From Fistulifera solaris (lineage: Eukaryota): DNA of 64,000 nucleotides. Within the stretch, counting starts at the first letter, position 1, and each line of letters starts with the position of its first letter. The translations under genes were made by a program, and so were the position numbers. The stretch lies in contig AP026125.1 in NCBI GenBank assembly GCA_030295235.1, positions 1,054,001-1,118,000 of the forward strand, read 5' to 3'. Of this stretch, positions 48,375 through 60,081 are shown piece after piece. The notes below the pieces were generated by a model. That model was not told the origin of the DNA. It was given only the letters and a program-made list of their open reading frames with translations, and searched no databases.

Positions 48375-48480
48375 AATTTATCTAAACAAAAAAGTCCGTT
48401 TTTGAAATGCATATCAACCCATTTTAAACGTCAATAAGTCTTTAGCTTAAACTGTCAAACGGGCTTTCGCTAGTCTACTG

Positions 48481-49638
48481 TTATAGTTCTTCGTTTTTAC
48501 TGGAACTTGATCCGTCCCCCAGAATCGCCCTGATCGCTTCCTTTTGTGCTGCGGTGAGTTCATCCGGGAAATCAACTTCAAATGTCAAGTACAAATCACC
48601 AAAGCCTCTACCGTTGCGTCGTGGCATTCCCTTTCCATGAACTCTTAGGACGTGATCGCAATCGGTCACCTCGTTAACGTCTACAGTGAACGGTTCCCCA
48701 TCCAAATGGGTGAGAGTAATAGAAAATCCAGTCAAGGCATCGACCAAAGGGATTTCCATTGTTTTGAAAAGATCATCTCGGTCTCTGTGGTAGTCAGCGT
48801 GTGGCTCTTCGAAAATAACAAAATGAAGATCACCGGGTTTGTAGCCAGGACGTTCATCAGTCACTCCTTCAAACGTAATTCGTTCTCCAACACGAAGTCC
48901 AGCGGCTACTTCAATCGTCAAGTCGATCGACTCGGATTGCGTCCTTTCTGGGCAAGCTTTGCAGTTCGGATTCCACATCTTTCCTTGCGCCACACATTTC
49001 TCATCGGCTTGTTGCACCGTCTGAACAAAACCAGGCGCGAGTTGCTGTCGAATGACGCGGACACCAGGTCCATGACATTCTGGTGCCTGTTTAACACACA
49101 TCTCCCACTGCAAGCAAAGAACTTGACGTACGTATTTTACTTCGAGTGTCTTTCCGGAATAGAGTTCATTGAGAGTCAAGTGAAGAGGAATTTCGACTGA
49201 TGGTGTCGTTTGCTCCTGATTGCCGCGACGACGACCTCCCCCACCAAAGTTAAACATTTGCTCAAAGATATCATCGAATCCCCCACCGCCGCCGCCTCCG
49301 CGCTGTTCGTGTCGTTTCAATCCCTCCTCGCCGTGACGATTGTAAATGTCCCGCTTCTCTTGGTCACTGAGAACTTCGTAAGCATAGTTGATTTCCGCAA
49401 ACCTTTCCGATGCTCCTTCTTCTTTGTTCTTATCGGGATGATATTCCAGACTCTTTTGCCTATACGCTTTCTTGATCTCCTTGAGAGTCGCATCTCGAGA
49501 AATTCCGAGCAGTTTGTAGAAATCGGCCGCCGAAACGACTTGCACGAGCGTCAAAAGAAAAAGGCATTTCCACCATGCCGAAGCCGCCGCAGTGCTGTTT
49601 CCGCAACCTCCTTCCGTTGTTTGTCTGGTCGGAAGCAT
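48481..49638 (-). CDS. ER-luminal DnaJ (ERdj3/DNAJB11-like)
   Basis: Signal peptide, J domain with HPD, G/F region, C-terminal DnaJ domain, terminal EEL. Confidence 0.9.
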   Translation of the reverse strand: MLPTRQTTEGGCGNSTAAASAWWKCLFLLTLVQVVSAADFYKLLGISRDATLKEIKKAYRQKSLEYHPDKNKEEGASERFAEINYAYEVLSDQEKRDIYNRHGEEGLKRHEQRGGGGGGGFDDIFEQMFNFGGGGRRRGNQEQTTPSVEIPLHLTLNELYSGKTLEVKYVRQVLCLQWEMCVKQAPECHGPGVRVIRQQLAPGFVQTVQQADEKCVAQGKMWNPNCKACPERTQSESIDLTIEVAAGLRVGERITFEGVTDERPGYKPGDLHFVIFEEPHADYHRDRDDLFKTMEIPLVDALTGFSITLTHLDGEPFTVDVNEVTDCDHVLRVHGKGMPRRNGRGFGDLYLTFEVDFPDELTAAQKEAIRAILGDGSSSSKNEEL

Positions 49639-50010
49639 GAGTTAATCTTCTAGTATGTTCTTCGATTCTACAATGACTAATGGTTTTATATTTTGTGGAT
49701 TGTGCTGTTTGTTTGAGCGATGTTTTCGGTTTCATTATTTTTGCGCGTGTGCGCGTGCATTTGCTGGACCGGTGCGGGACACGAATACAGCAGTGAGAAC
49801 CAATGCACAAAGATTCGTGACTGACAGAAGCGGCCACGTGGAAGTTTCTCGTTTCACAAACTAATTTCTTTGTCGGTCCGGTTTCAATTTAACGGTCCGC
49901 GTTATTGTTGCCGTTGCGTCGTTGACAAGGAAAAAAGATTTTCATCAAAACGCATCAAAATCAAAGGTCTTGACATGCAATGATGTCAATCATCTCGAAT
50001 GTTACGCAAC

Positions 50011-51144
50011 GATGGCGCAAAGATATCGTCCCAGTGATCTCACTCTAATCTTTGTAATCCTCGTCACAATCGGTGGACTTTTCCAGACGTATGTTTCGGT
50101 GCTAACTTTGCCTAGAGCATTGGATGAAAAGACGTCGAGGTCATATCTTTCGATTTCGAAGTTAACGGAGTATATTCCTGCTCCGATTGAATCGTTTTTG
50201 ATCGAAAATGCAGTCAAAATAGGATTTCACACGAATGGGCCGCAAGAAGGATGTCGAATTTGGAAAGATCCGGAAGCTACATCGACAAGTGTGCACTTTC
50301 AACTGCAATTGTTCTTGGAAGATTTGAATGAATACAACGAACTCGTGGACAATTTCAAGCCACAATTTCTCGACTTGCGCACGCAAATCAACGAAACTAG
50401 TCGCGAAGATATCTGTCAAACCGTTGAGCTTCACAAGGATGGTTTAATGGCTGTATTTGCAAAAGCCAGCAACTTTCGCTGACATCGGCTGGCTACGTAG
50501 AACCGTTACTGCCACCCATGCGCCACCCCTCCTTTTGTGAGATTGGATACAAACGACTCCTCGATCTCAATTACATGGTTCATGATTTCGGAGCCATGTG
50601 TCGCAGTCTCAAAGCAACGTCGCGCGTTGTCTTGTTTGACATGGGCGCGTCGTTGCAGTTTCATGGAAAACGAGGCAGCCCGGCTATTTATCTGACCGAT
50701 CTCTACGAACGATTTGGTTTCCCATTCGATCATATATACGCCTTTGAGATAAAAGCGAAAGACCCGGGTGAAGTATTTCGACTTCTTCCCCCCAAACTGT
50801 TGTCGGCCTATCACTGGATTAACGTGGGAGTGTCTCCAGAACCCGACCATCCGCTCAATCCATTCACCATTCTCAAGCAAAGGTTCAACAAGGATGACCT
50901 GATTATTGTGAAGCTTGATATTGATACTCCAGCTGTTGAAATGCCGCTCGTTCGGCAGCTATTGGGAGACGACGAATTGATCGAACTGGTGGATCAATTC
51001 TATTTCGAACATCACGCTCAACTGGCCGAAATGAAGCCTTATTGGGGAAAGCAAGTCGAGGGAACGGTGAAGGATAGCTTAGATCTGTTTCATGAGCTTC
51101 ACCAGAAAAGGCGTATGCACATTTTTGGGTATAATCATTTTTGA
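50011..51144 (+). CDS. Type II membrane protein with FkbM-like methyltransferase-type C-terminus; frameshifts near 50462 and 51108
   Basis: N-terminal TM; VLFDMGAS, IYAFE, IVKLDID, VDQFYFEHH. Confidence 0.65.
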
Positions 51145-51550
51145 AAAGCGAGCTACTGCGAACTTTTTCGTAGTGGTCATAGAGAACGGAAGAAAGCTTC
51201 ATTAATCAATAATGGTAGACTAGGCTCTCTAGTCATTATATGTCGATAAGTAAAATAGATTACCTCTTAATTAGAGTTCCTAGTTTCACGTGACTCCTCC
51301 TCGCATCGCCATTACATTCGTGTGACCTGCCCGTCCGTCCGCCGCTCAAAGGCTCCACGTGTGAAAAGATCGTGCGACTTTTTCTCGCAACGTTTGTTCA
51401 ACTTCAACAAGACGCAAAACGGGCAAAAGAAAAGCAATACTTGTAGCCGACATCTCAACTTGTTGTTGACCTTGTTCTACCCTCGCAATCAGCTGTATTT
51501 TTATTTTTACTTATACTATTTGAAGAGAAGTCAATAGTCTCTAATTTACA

Positions 51551-52221
51551 ATGTTTTCGCTACGATTTCTCTTCAGCGTTTTCGCCCTCCTGATCCTCTC
51601 TGTCGTGACATCGGCCGATGATGTCGCCATCGGCTTGGAAGGTCTCCGACAAGCCGCTGCTGATCCGGCCATGTTGGCTCAATTGATGCAAGATATGCAA
51701 GATCCTGAAATTATGGCCGAAGCCAAGAAGATGATGGAATCTCCTGAATTTCAAAAACAAATGAAGAAGTTGTCGCAGTCGAAAGAATTCAAAGACACGA
51801 CGAAGCAGTTTGAACAGAAAATGAACGACCCGAACCACGCCGCCCAAATGGAAGCCAAAATGGAGCATATGATGAAAGTAGGTCAAGAGCAATTGAAGAA
51901 GAACGCCATGCAGGGTGTCGAAGGTGCCATGGCGGCCATGAACGACCCCCAGGTTGTGGCCGAAATGAGCAAGATGTTGAAAGATCCTAGCTTTGCGAAA
52001 CAATTGAAAGAAATGCAGAACTCTCCCGAGTTTCAGCAATACGTAAATGCGGTACGTTGGATCTCTTGCAATTTGTTCCTCGTTTTATAACGAAGCAAAT
52101 CGATTAGTCTCACGGACGATCACCCTGCGTTCATCTTTCACAGATGCAAGAAATGTTGCAAGACCCCGCAAAGAGAGCTCAATTCGATCGTGCAAGTGAG
52201 GCTGTCCGAAGCGCGCTGTAA
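51551..52221 (+). CDS. Signal-peptide protein with STI1-like (DP/Met-rich) repeats; intron 52052-52143
   Basis: MQDPEIM, MNDPQVV, LKDPSF, LQDP repeats. Confidence 0.75.
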
Positions 52222-52524
52222 TTCTTTTATAGGCTTCGCACATAGAGAAAAGCGTTGTTGGCGTAAGCATGTCGTTTTTAATCATGAGATATCTTTCTAA
52301 TCCATCCGATTTGCAACACAAATGTGTTTTCTATTGCTTATTTTTCATTTGACGTGCTACGGTAGACTAGAAAGGCGGACAACGAGTAGTATAGTATGGA
52401 TTTCACCTTTCACGTGAAAGAGTGACTAGCGATTCGGGACTAGGTACTCTAATCGCTACAGTAATGGTGCCGCCCGCATAGGCAACGAAATATTCTTTTC
52501 TCACAAAAAAAGAACATTGACACA

Positions 52525-53890
52525 ATGGTTGCATTCATGACTGTTTTTACTTCTCTTTCATTCTCTCTCGGCTTGTTGCTGTCATTTTCGTCTACTGCAC
52601 GAGCATGGCATGCTTGTGACGCTGGAGGATTGTGCCCAGATCAGAATACGTGCTGCCCGAACGTCGACGACCCCACCGCATCGTTTTGTTTGCCCTCGAA
52701 AAATGAACGAGGAGGAAGTTGTTGCGTCGAACCGCACAACACGGGCTGTGGAGACGACTATTCGTGCGACAACGATGAAGACGGAACGCCTATATGTCAA
52801 AAGACGAACGATGATAATGAAGATGCGCCCGAGCATCTTCCCCGTTATCGAGCTTGTTCGCTGCCGTGGGATGCCTTGACACAGATTCACGGGCTTGTCA
52901 TCGATTCTACAACCCCCGATGGACCCGTTGCAGCTTACATGTCTACCGGTAGCTCGTTAAATCATGTCCACGATCATATTAAGACGCTATTTGTGGTAGT
53001 ACATGGTTCCGGACGAAACGTTGAAGATTATTTTTGTTCGGCGCATGCTGCTTTACCGAATCCAGATACGACGCTACTCATTGCGCCGTGGCTTATGGCA
53101 CCGGGTGACGAAAGCGACTCTTTGTATTTCCCAATGAACCTCTGCGATGGGCGGAATACGGTCCTGTACACGATGACGTTCCCTTCTTTCATACATGGAG
53201 GTACGGAGCCGATGCCACCAATGCACCTGTGAGCTCGTATGCGGTAGTTGACCGGATACTTGAGTAATAGCCACGGCGTCACTGCCCCGCTTACGAGAAA
53301 TAATCGTTACGGGGCATTCCGCCGGTGGACAATTTGCCCAGCGATGGGCGCTCTTGTCGAATAGTCACGTATGGAAAACACATCCTGTACGAGTTGTGGT
53401 CGCGAATCCTCGGAGCTTCTGCTTTCTTTCTGCCGAACGTCTCATCAACGGTACTTGGCAGATACCCAACGAAGAAGATTGTCCCGTCTACAACGAATGG
53501 GAGTGGGGACTGGGACCAGGAGATTGGTTATCAACACCCTACAAGGATCAAGCGATCGATGATGTCGGAGGAGTCGACGAAATCATTCGCCGATATCCCT
53601 CGCGAGATATAGTATATTTGGCGGGCGAACAAGATATAATTCCCAATGGTGACTGCCAAGACCAGCTCCAAGGCGCATTCCGTCGTGTTCGTAGTGAAAA
53701 TTTCATGGCATCTCTCGAACGAATTTATCACCGCCCGGTTCATCGTCGCTACGTAGCGTCCGGTATCCCCCACGACCACACATTGCTTTATCAAAGTCCA
53801 GAAGGACAGCAAGCTCTGTTTGGTGACAGTGAAGCGGACATGAAAGGCTCTTGGCAAAGAGAAGAAATTACAGAAACTAAGGTCCAGTAA
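52525..53890 (+). CDS. Secreted Cys-rich (granulin-like) + alpha/beta-hydrolase protein, frameshifted at about 53130-53300
   Basis: CPDQNTCC...SCC...GC, VVHGSGRN, nucleophile elbow TGHSAGGQ (53308-53331), VVANPRS, terminal PHDH. Confidence 0.75.
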
Positions 53891-54123
53891 CGGTACCGGT
53901 ACCTACCCTTGTAGTCAGTCCCGTGAGACCCACGAACTAAATAGAATGCAAACGTCACAAAACAGCAAAAACGAATGCGTCGATCGATCGCAGACATTTT
54001 TTCGTCCACGTCTCGTTTTTGCGCGTCTTTCTCCTTTCTGTGCGACGATGATGGCAATGTGAATGAATACTTCATAATGATTGCGACATATCAGACGTAC
54101 GTAGTATATATTTCAGACCAACC

Positions 54124-55101
54124 ATGTCTCCTAAAACTATTTGCGTCCTTGACAATCGAGATTCCCCACTATGGGATCGATTTCTGGGTGCTTTAGGGGT
54201 GGGTTCGTTTGTGACGCTCTGGCTTTCGTCGCTGGCATCGCCATTGGTGTTTTACAAAGCCGTGCGCGGTGAAAATTATGTTGTCGCCACTTCACTTTTC
54301 GCCACAGCCGTTCTCGCGTATTTGCCTTGGGAACGAGGCACTTTGAGTCGTTCTATTCGTATGTTCCTGTATCGCTATCACCCCAAGTACTACCGCTCCT
54401 GTAAAGTTCTATTTGAAGAGTGCTTACCGGATGCGGCCGATAAAACTCCCACATTTTACGCGGTGCATCCACACGGTGCTTTCACTTTGGGATGGGCGTG
54501 CATGTACTGCCTGCCAGAGTTGGAGTCAGTGCGATTCAATTTTGCGTCGGCACTCTTTGCCACGCCATTGATTCGTTTATTCACTCGCGTGGTGGGTAAA
54601 CCGGGCGCTGCCTCAAAAGGAGCCATGGTCAGGTGCATGGAAAAGCAGCAAGACATGGCTTTGTTGCCTGGTGGTTTTGAAGAAGCGACAATTACCTCAC
54701 TTCAGCATGACCGTGTGTTCATTCAAAAACGCACAGGTTTCGTACGACTGTGTTTACAGTATGGCTATCAAATACGACCCGTGTATGTGTTTGGCGAAAA
54801 GAAACTGTTTTGGAACATACAAGGAGCTTTCCCTTTCCGCCTAGTGATGAACCGTTACAAAATTCCTGGTATCCTGATCTGGGGCAACTCCATCATTCCC
54901 ATTCTGCCCAAGGCGTCTTCTGATTTGTTGGTTGTCATAGGTGCTCCCATCCGCATTCCTCAAATATCGAATCCAACTGCCGAAGACGTGAAGTTCTGGC
55001 ATTCCAAGTACATGGCCGCTTTGCAGAAACTGTTTGAAGAACACAAAGAGGCGGCCTACGGAGTAGACGAGGCGAAAGTAACAAAGCTTGAAGTTTGGTA
55101 A
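54124..55101 (+). CDS. DGAT2: Type-2 diacylglycerol acyltransferase
   Basis: HPHG, PGGFEEA, KRTGFVRL, PVYVFGE, VVIGAPI. Confidence 0.92.
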   Translation: MSPKTICVLDNRDSPLWDRFLGALGVGSFVTLWLSSLASPLVFYKAVRGENYVVATSLFATAVLAYLPWERGTLSRSIRMFLYRYHPKYYRSCKVLFEECLPDAADKTPTFYAVHPHGAFTLGWACMYCLPELESVRFNFASALFATPLIRLFTRVVGKPGAASKGAMVRCMEKQQDMALLPGGFEEATITSLQHDRVFIQKRTGFVRLCLQYGYQIRPVYVFGEKKLFWNIQGAFPFRLVMNRYKIPGILIWGNSIIPILPKASSDLLVVIGAPIRIPQISNPTAEDVKFWHSKYMAALQKLFEEHKEAAYGVDEAKVTKLEVW

Positions 55102-55575
55102 TAATGCGGCGAATGGATTGAAATTAATATTTATTTGTGCGTTTTTCTGTTTGATGATTCACATGACAAGGCTATTTGCTAATGGAGCCTCGTAGCTAAG
55201 ACTGAAAAGTGGTGCTATGCTAATTTGCTGTGATGCTGTAATCAGGTTATTCACAACTAATCGAGTATTAAAGTCAAAATTTTTTACTACCATCGTTTCG
55301 GAAAAAGAGATAAATTAACCTCATGCATGGATCAGAATCATCAATGCCTCGACACACTTAAAATGTCCGGGACTGATTTCAAGTTGAGTCGGGCTTTCCG
55401 TAAACCATCTCTTTGCGCTATAGTTGAATTTCTTAGTACCGGTACGATAGAGGGAAATCGACGACGACACGACAACGAAAAAAATGACAAAAATTACTCA
55501 CTCATTGTCGTTCATAGTCTATCTTCATTATCATCTTCGTTACCATCCGAATATTAAAAACATAGAGGATGAGCC

Positions 55576-56427
55576 ATGTCGTCGGCTGTATCTTTGAAAG
55601 CAGATATGTTGTCGAGCGCCTCCTTGAATCACGCACTTCAAGAAAAAGCAGAGCACATGGAAGGCATGGAAGATGTCGTTACAGCTATGCGTCGGAAACC
55701 ACTTCAGATTCGTGCCTATTCCCTTGAAAATGCCCCGCAGCAAATTTCCAATTCACTCAAAATAGTTCATTTCGTCAGACACGGCCAAGGCTTTCACAAT
55801 CTCATGGCAGATATTGCTCGAGAACAAGGACGAAAATGGGTTTCGAACATAAAATCACCCGACAACCCTTATACAGCACCCGAGATTGTGGATGCTCCTC
55901 TGACAGAAAAGGGACGCCAGCAAGCTTTATTGTTACAAAAACATGTTGCTGAACTGCAACATGCGCCCGAATTAGTGGTACTATCCCCCAATTGTCGAGC
56001 CCTACAAACGGGGCTACTAGCCTTTGAAAGTCTCTTGCCGACCCAACCGGGAGAACCAGGGAAAGCACGTTTCGTGGCGCACGAAATGGTGCGGGAAGAA
56101 TTTGGTGTCCATTGCTGTGATCAGCGACGTTCTGTCTCTCGACAGTCACGGGAATTTCCGTACGTGGACTTTTCATTGCTTGAAAGTGATGAAGATAGAC
56201 TGTTTCGAGAGGAAAGTCGGGAGACCAAACTGGAGGTTGGAGAACGTGTGTATAGCTTCATGGAATGGCTTTCCGAACGAACGGAACGTCATGTGGCTGT
56301 TTCGAGTCACTCAGCATGGTTGTTGACTGTTTTTAATGGTGTATGTCAGAGCGACGACAGATTGAAAGATTGGTTCCTTACCGGAGAGATGCGCAGCGTC
56401 GTTTTAGAATTTTTTAAAGAGGGATAA
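55576..56427 (+). CDS. Histidine phosphatase (phosphoglycerate mutase-like)
   Basis: FVRHGQGFHN, DAPLTEKG, SPNCRALQT, VSSHS. Confidence 0.92.
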   Translation: MSSAVSLKADMLSSASLNHALQEKAEHMEGMEDVVTAMRRKPLQIRAYSLENAPQQISNSLKIVHFVRHGQGFHNLMADIAREQGRKWVSNIKSPDNPYTAPEIVDAPLTEKGRQQALLLQKHVAELQHAPELVVLSPNCRALQTGLLAFESLLPTQPGEPGKARFVAHEMVREEFGVHCCDQRRSVSRQSREFPYVDFSLLESDEDRLFREESRETKLEVGERVYSFMEWLSERTERHVAVSSHSAWLLTVFNGVCQSDDRLKDWFLTGEMRSVVLEFFKEG

Positions 56428-56491
56428 CTATGCTTATGACAAACATTGGTAATAGTAATTCGTTGATATGTCTTACATCATATCGCTAGTT

Positions 56492-57646
56492 TTATAATGA
56501 GTTAGCAATCGAATAAGACAGTGCACCGATCAGCGCCAGGGTGATTCCCAATATATTCAGGTTAGAAAAAGGATGTCCACCAAACATGGCTCTTCCTGCA
56601 AGTATGATTGCCAGACGACGCATTGAGTCACAGGCACCGTACGTGATGGGTTGTACAAGTTTGACAAACATTAAAGAGAGCATGTACTCTAAATGGTAGG
56701 CGGTGACCGCCATGACTGTCAACCACGGCGGTGGAATATCTGCTTGTTCAGCAAGCGGTGTCCGTCGAGACTGTGACTTTGTTCTTGCTGCAAATTGGTC
56801 TTTCAAGCTTCCCAAAACTGTCATAAACACTGACAAGCCGAAGCCCACGGCCACCATGGCGCGCTGCGCAGCCAGACCACTGATTCCTGCCTTGACCATC
56901 GCCTTCTTACTCGTCACATTTAAAGCACTCTGGGCGGTCGTAGAAACCATTGCGGCGAGAAACCCTAGTAATTCAAACGTCGGTGAATTCCAGGATGCCG
57001 CAGCAATGCCAATGGCAATCGGCACTAATGAAAGGAGTGCTCGAGTATTCGGTAAAGTAGTCATTCCGTCCATTAATATTGTCAAGAGTACGGTCATGAG
57101 CGGGATCGCACATTTTGAGGTGTAAGTGAGAGATATCCCGATTCGATTCAAACTAATAGAGTTTGCGTAATTCGCAATAAACAGAAAGATTGCAGGTAGC
57201 GTAAAATGCGGAATGTTGGTGAGAGTCGACTGGACTCGTTGAGCGATCAAATGTAAATTGGGATGTAGCAAAAGTCCCATCAGCAGCGAGCCACCGAATC
57301 GGCAGATGGTTAAAAGAGCAGGTCGTGAAATTCGTGTCGTCAAAAATGGCTTTTGTTTGGATACCGATGGATCGTATCGAAGAAACGCACTTGTCGAGTA
57401 AGTGGTAAAGAAGGCACTCGAAATCACCCAAGCAGCACCAACCACCAAAGAATGCGTCGGAAAGCTAAGAAGCAGCTTTGAAGCCCCAATACTAGGTGCT
57501 GCCGTGGCTACCTCCGGAAGGCTAGAGAGCGATAAAGTAGCGATATCCATTCCTTTCCCTAGCGACCGCGGCGAACGAGCAAAAGTGAATCTAACAGCTT
57601 GGACGATAATAAGTAGCGATGAACGGGGAAAGCTGACTTTTTGCAA
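56492..57646 (-). CDS. Triose-phosphate/sugar-phosphate translocator family (DMT) transporter
   Basis: ISLTYTSKCAIP, GFLAAMVST...NVTSKK, VQPITYGACDSMRR, multiple TM segments. Confidence 0.85.
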   Translation of the reverse strand: MQKVSFPRSSLLIIVQAVRFTFARSPRSLGKGMDIATLSLSSLPEVATAAPSIGASKLLLSFPTHSLVVGAAWVISSAFFTTYSTSAFLRYDPSVSKQKPFLTTRISRPALLTICRFGGSLLMGLLLHPNLHLIAQRVQSTLTNIPHFTLPAIFLFIANYANSISLNRIGISLTYTSKCAIPLMTVLLTILMDGMTTLPNTRALLSLVPIAIGIAAASWNSPTFELLGFLAAMVSTTAQSALNVTSKKAMVKAGISGLAAQRAMVAVGFGLSVFMTVLGSLKDQFAARTKSQSRRTPLAEQADIPPPWLTVMAVTAYHLEYMLSLMFVKLVQPITYGACDSMRRLAIILAGRAMFGGHPFSNLNILGITLALIGALSYSIANSL

Positions 57647-58075
57647 GTAGGAAAAGTCTCTTATTACGTCGGGTATGCTGGTGGTAGCAATAGGAAAAGG
57701 TTCCCTTAGACGAATCTTCTTCGCAGCAATGAAGTTATTATTGTGCGATCTTCGCGTTTCTCATCAAAATTATGACAAACATCACAATCGCGATGTCGTT
57801 TTTCTGACTACTACGTGACCACGTAGATCCTACACAACAACGAACTCAAGTCCTAGCGGTACCTGACGTCTTTCCGTCGCTCTTTTGAATGCATTATTTT
57901 GCGCGAGGCGCGAATAGAGCCAAAAAAATAATAAAGCACCTCGTCGTTTTTATCAATCTGCGTCTAGAGTCATTCATTGTTGCCAATTGCCAAACTTTTC
58001 GCACCTTTTACAAAGCATTTGCAACCCCGCATATCGTCTGAGTGCAGGCAGAAACATCAGCGGGGCGAAGAAAAG

Positions 58076-60025
58076 ATGGGAAAAACGAATGGATTGCCGA
58101 TCATCGTCGCGCTCTCATTTTTGTTGCACACAACAACAGCGTGGAGTTTAAACATCGTACACATTTCCCATCCACGAGTAGCAACATGTTCACGGACATC
58201 TTTGTGGGTAGTTCCTGGAGCTGATATAGAACAACCACCAGTAGAGAATTTCGATTCATCGACGCTACAAGAGAGTACGGACCCATCGGCTGGGGATATT
58301 CCTCTGCTAGTTTCGCGAGGAAAAGTCAATGAGATTGATTTCTGTATCGCTCCGGCGGATGTTTCATTATCGCGAGCGTACGGAACGACTACATCACAAA
58401 CCACGACTGCTCAACCGACCTTGTCGCTGACACGAGCCCTCAATAACGCTTCGAACCGAGCCGTCCGGCGCATCATTCTCGCACGTTCCTGGCCTTCCGC
58501 GGAAGCTCTCAATCTTAGTCTGCGACAGGTTGCCAAAGTGGAAAAGGAACGAGAAGAAGCTGCGCAGATGGCTACTAAGTCGACGAATGGGGAAGCGGAT
58601 GATAGCAACACTGCGAGATGCCCTGTTCCCCGTCCTATTCTTAATGTCTTGACGCGTCGTCGCAAAGACAAACAAGACAAGGCCAAGACAACAGACGACA
58701 AAGAAACGCCAATTCCACGTAGTAGGACTGACACAGAGTATATTCATGATCAAATCAAAAATTTTAAAGAGCGGTACGGAAAGCTTCCTGGATACAGTGT
58801 GGCCCAAGACTATTTGGAAGCAATTCTTTGTTTGGCTACTTCCGGTGTTGAATCGACGACGGTGGCTAATGTTTTGCAAGATGGTGTTTATGACGAAGCA
58901 TACAAGAGAGTTATTGCTGTTCTCAACAGTGTCGGAATTGTTTTTGAAGTTGATCCGGAGACGAAACGCCAGAAGATCGCGTCGAAAATCATTGATCAAG
59001 ATATCTGTTTGTCGATGATCGACAAGATTCAGCTGCGCAACCCAGTACCCGATCCCGTAGTTGCAAACACCCTATCTTCGGAAAATACTGCATCAGAAGA
59101 AGATTACCAGATTACTAAAGAGGACCTGGGCGGAGTTTTGCTCAGTGCCAAAGAACCCAGCATGACACGACAACTCAACTCGTTGGCCAACATTGTGGAA
59201 CGCGCTCTTCTCTTTGGCGGTGACCAAGAACTTCTTGTTCTAGCAGAAACGCTGGATGCTGATCGCGCCGCATTTGTGGATCGATGGTACCCAGACACGG
59301 GTGGTCTCGATGAGGATAAACCGTGGGATGCCGAGAGGCGTCCCGGAGTGCAGTTCCTGAACTGCTTAGTACATCTCTTGCGTGACTGCTACACGAATGG
59401 TGTTGTTACTACACTAGACCCGCCTTTTGCTTTGGCAAACAGTTATGCCAATGCTTATGAACGCCTGGTAGCGTCAGTTGTAGAGCTAGGAAGTGGATAT
59501 TTGAAACCGGTACCCAGTGATATACTCGCTCTGCCAAAGCCTCGCACCGCCCAAGAGGAACTAGGTCGCTTCGCCGTTTGGGAAACGACTTTCCGACAGC
59601 GACAAGATCCGGATGTATTAATCAACAATAATCCCAGCGACTTAGTAGGTACATGGGAAGTTCGCGATGTTATCGCAGGTGAAACGATAGGTACTACCTC
59701 CGTGAAGTTGCTGGAGAGCGGTAGTGTTCAAGTGAAAGAGCCTTTGGAAGGATTGACGTGGAGGTTGGATCCAGGACCCACACATTTAGATACATGCACC
59801 TTTCAAGTACTCAGCAGTGATGGGACCGTCCTTCAGTATCGGGGTTTCCTCGACAGAGGCGCCAGACTAGAGGCTCGTTTTTCCAAACGACCCATCCGTA
59901 TAAGAGGTTCGGTTCAATTTCAAATGCGTGATGGTTCGATCGACTACTATAAAGATATTTTGCCGATTAATTACAAATCGGGGACAACAAAGTTTATCAT
60001 GACGAAGATCGATGGTGAGCAATAA
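58076..60025 (+). CDS. Hypothetical protein, probably plastid-targeted
   Basis: Long ORF with signal peptide plus TAW cleavage-like motif. Confidence 0.75.
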   Translation: MGKTNGLPIIVALSFLLHTTTAWSLNIVHISHPRVATCSRTSLWVVPGADIEQPPVENFDSSTLQESTDPSAGDIPLLVSRGKVNEIDFCIAPADVSLSRAYGTTTSQTTTAQPTLSLTRALNNASNRAVRRIILARSWPSAEALNLSLRQVAKVEKEREEAAQMATKSTNGEADDSNTARCPVPRPILNVLTRRRKDKQDKAKTTDDKETPIPRSRTDTEYIHDQIKNFKERYGKLPGYSVAQDYLEAILCLATSGVESTTVANVLQDGVYDEAYKRVIAVLNSVGIVFEVDPETKRQKIASKIIDQDICLSMIDKIQLRNPVPDPVVANTLSSENTASEEDYQITKEDLGGVLLSAKEPSMTRQLNSLANIVERALLFGGDQELLVLAETLDADRAAFVDRWYPDTGGLDEDKPWDAERRPGVQFLNCLVHLLRDCYTNGVVTTLDPPFALANSYANAYERLVASVVELGSGYLKPVPSDILALPKPRTAQEELGRFAVWETTFRQRQDPDVLINNNPSDLVGTWEVRDVIAGETIGTTSVKLLESGSVQVKEPLEGLTWRLDPGPTHLDTCTFQVLSSDGTVLQYRGFLDRGARLEARFSKRPIRIRGSVQFQMRDGSIDYYKDILPINYKSGTTKFIMTKIDGEQ

Positions 60026-60081
60026 TGTAAGTTCGGTGTACTTAATATAAATACATTGCTACTTTTGTTAGTTAAATGTCA

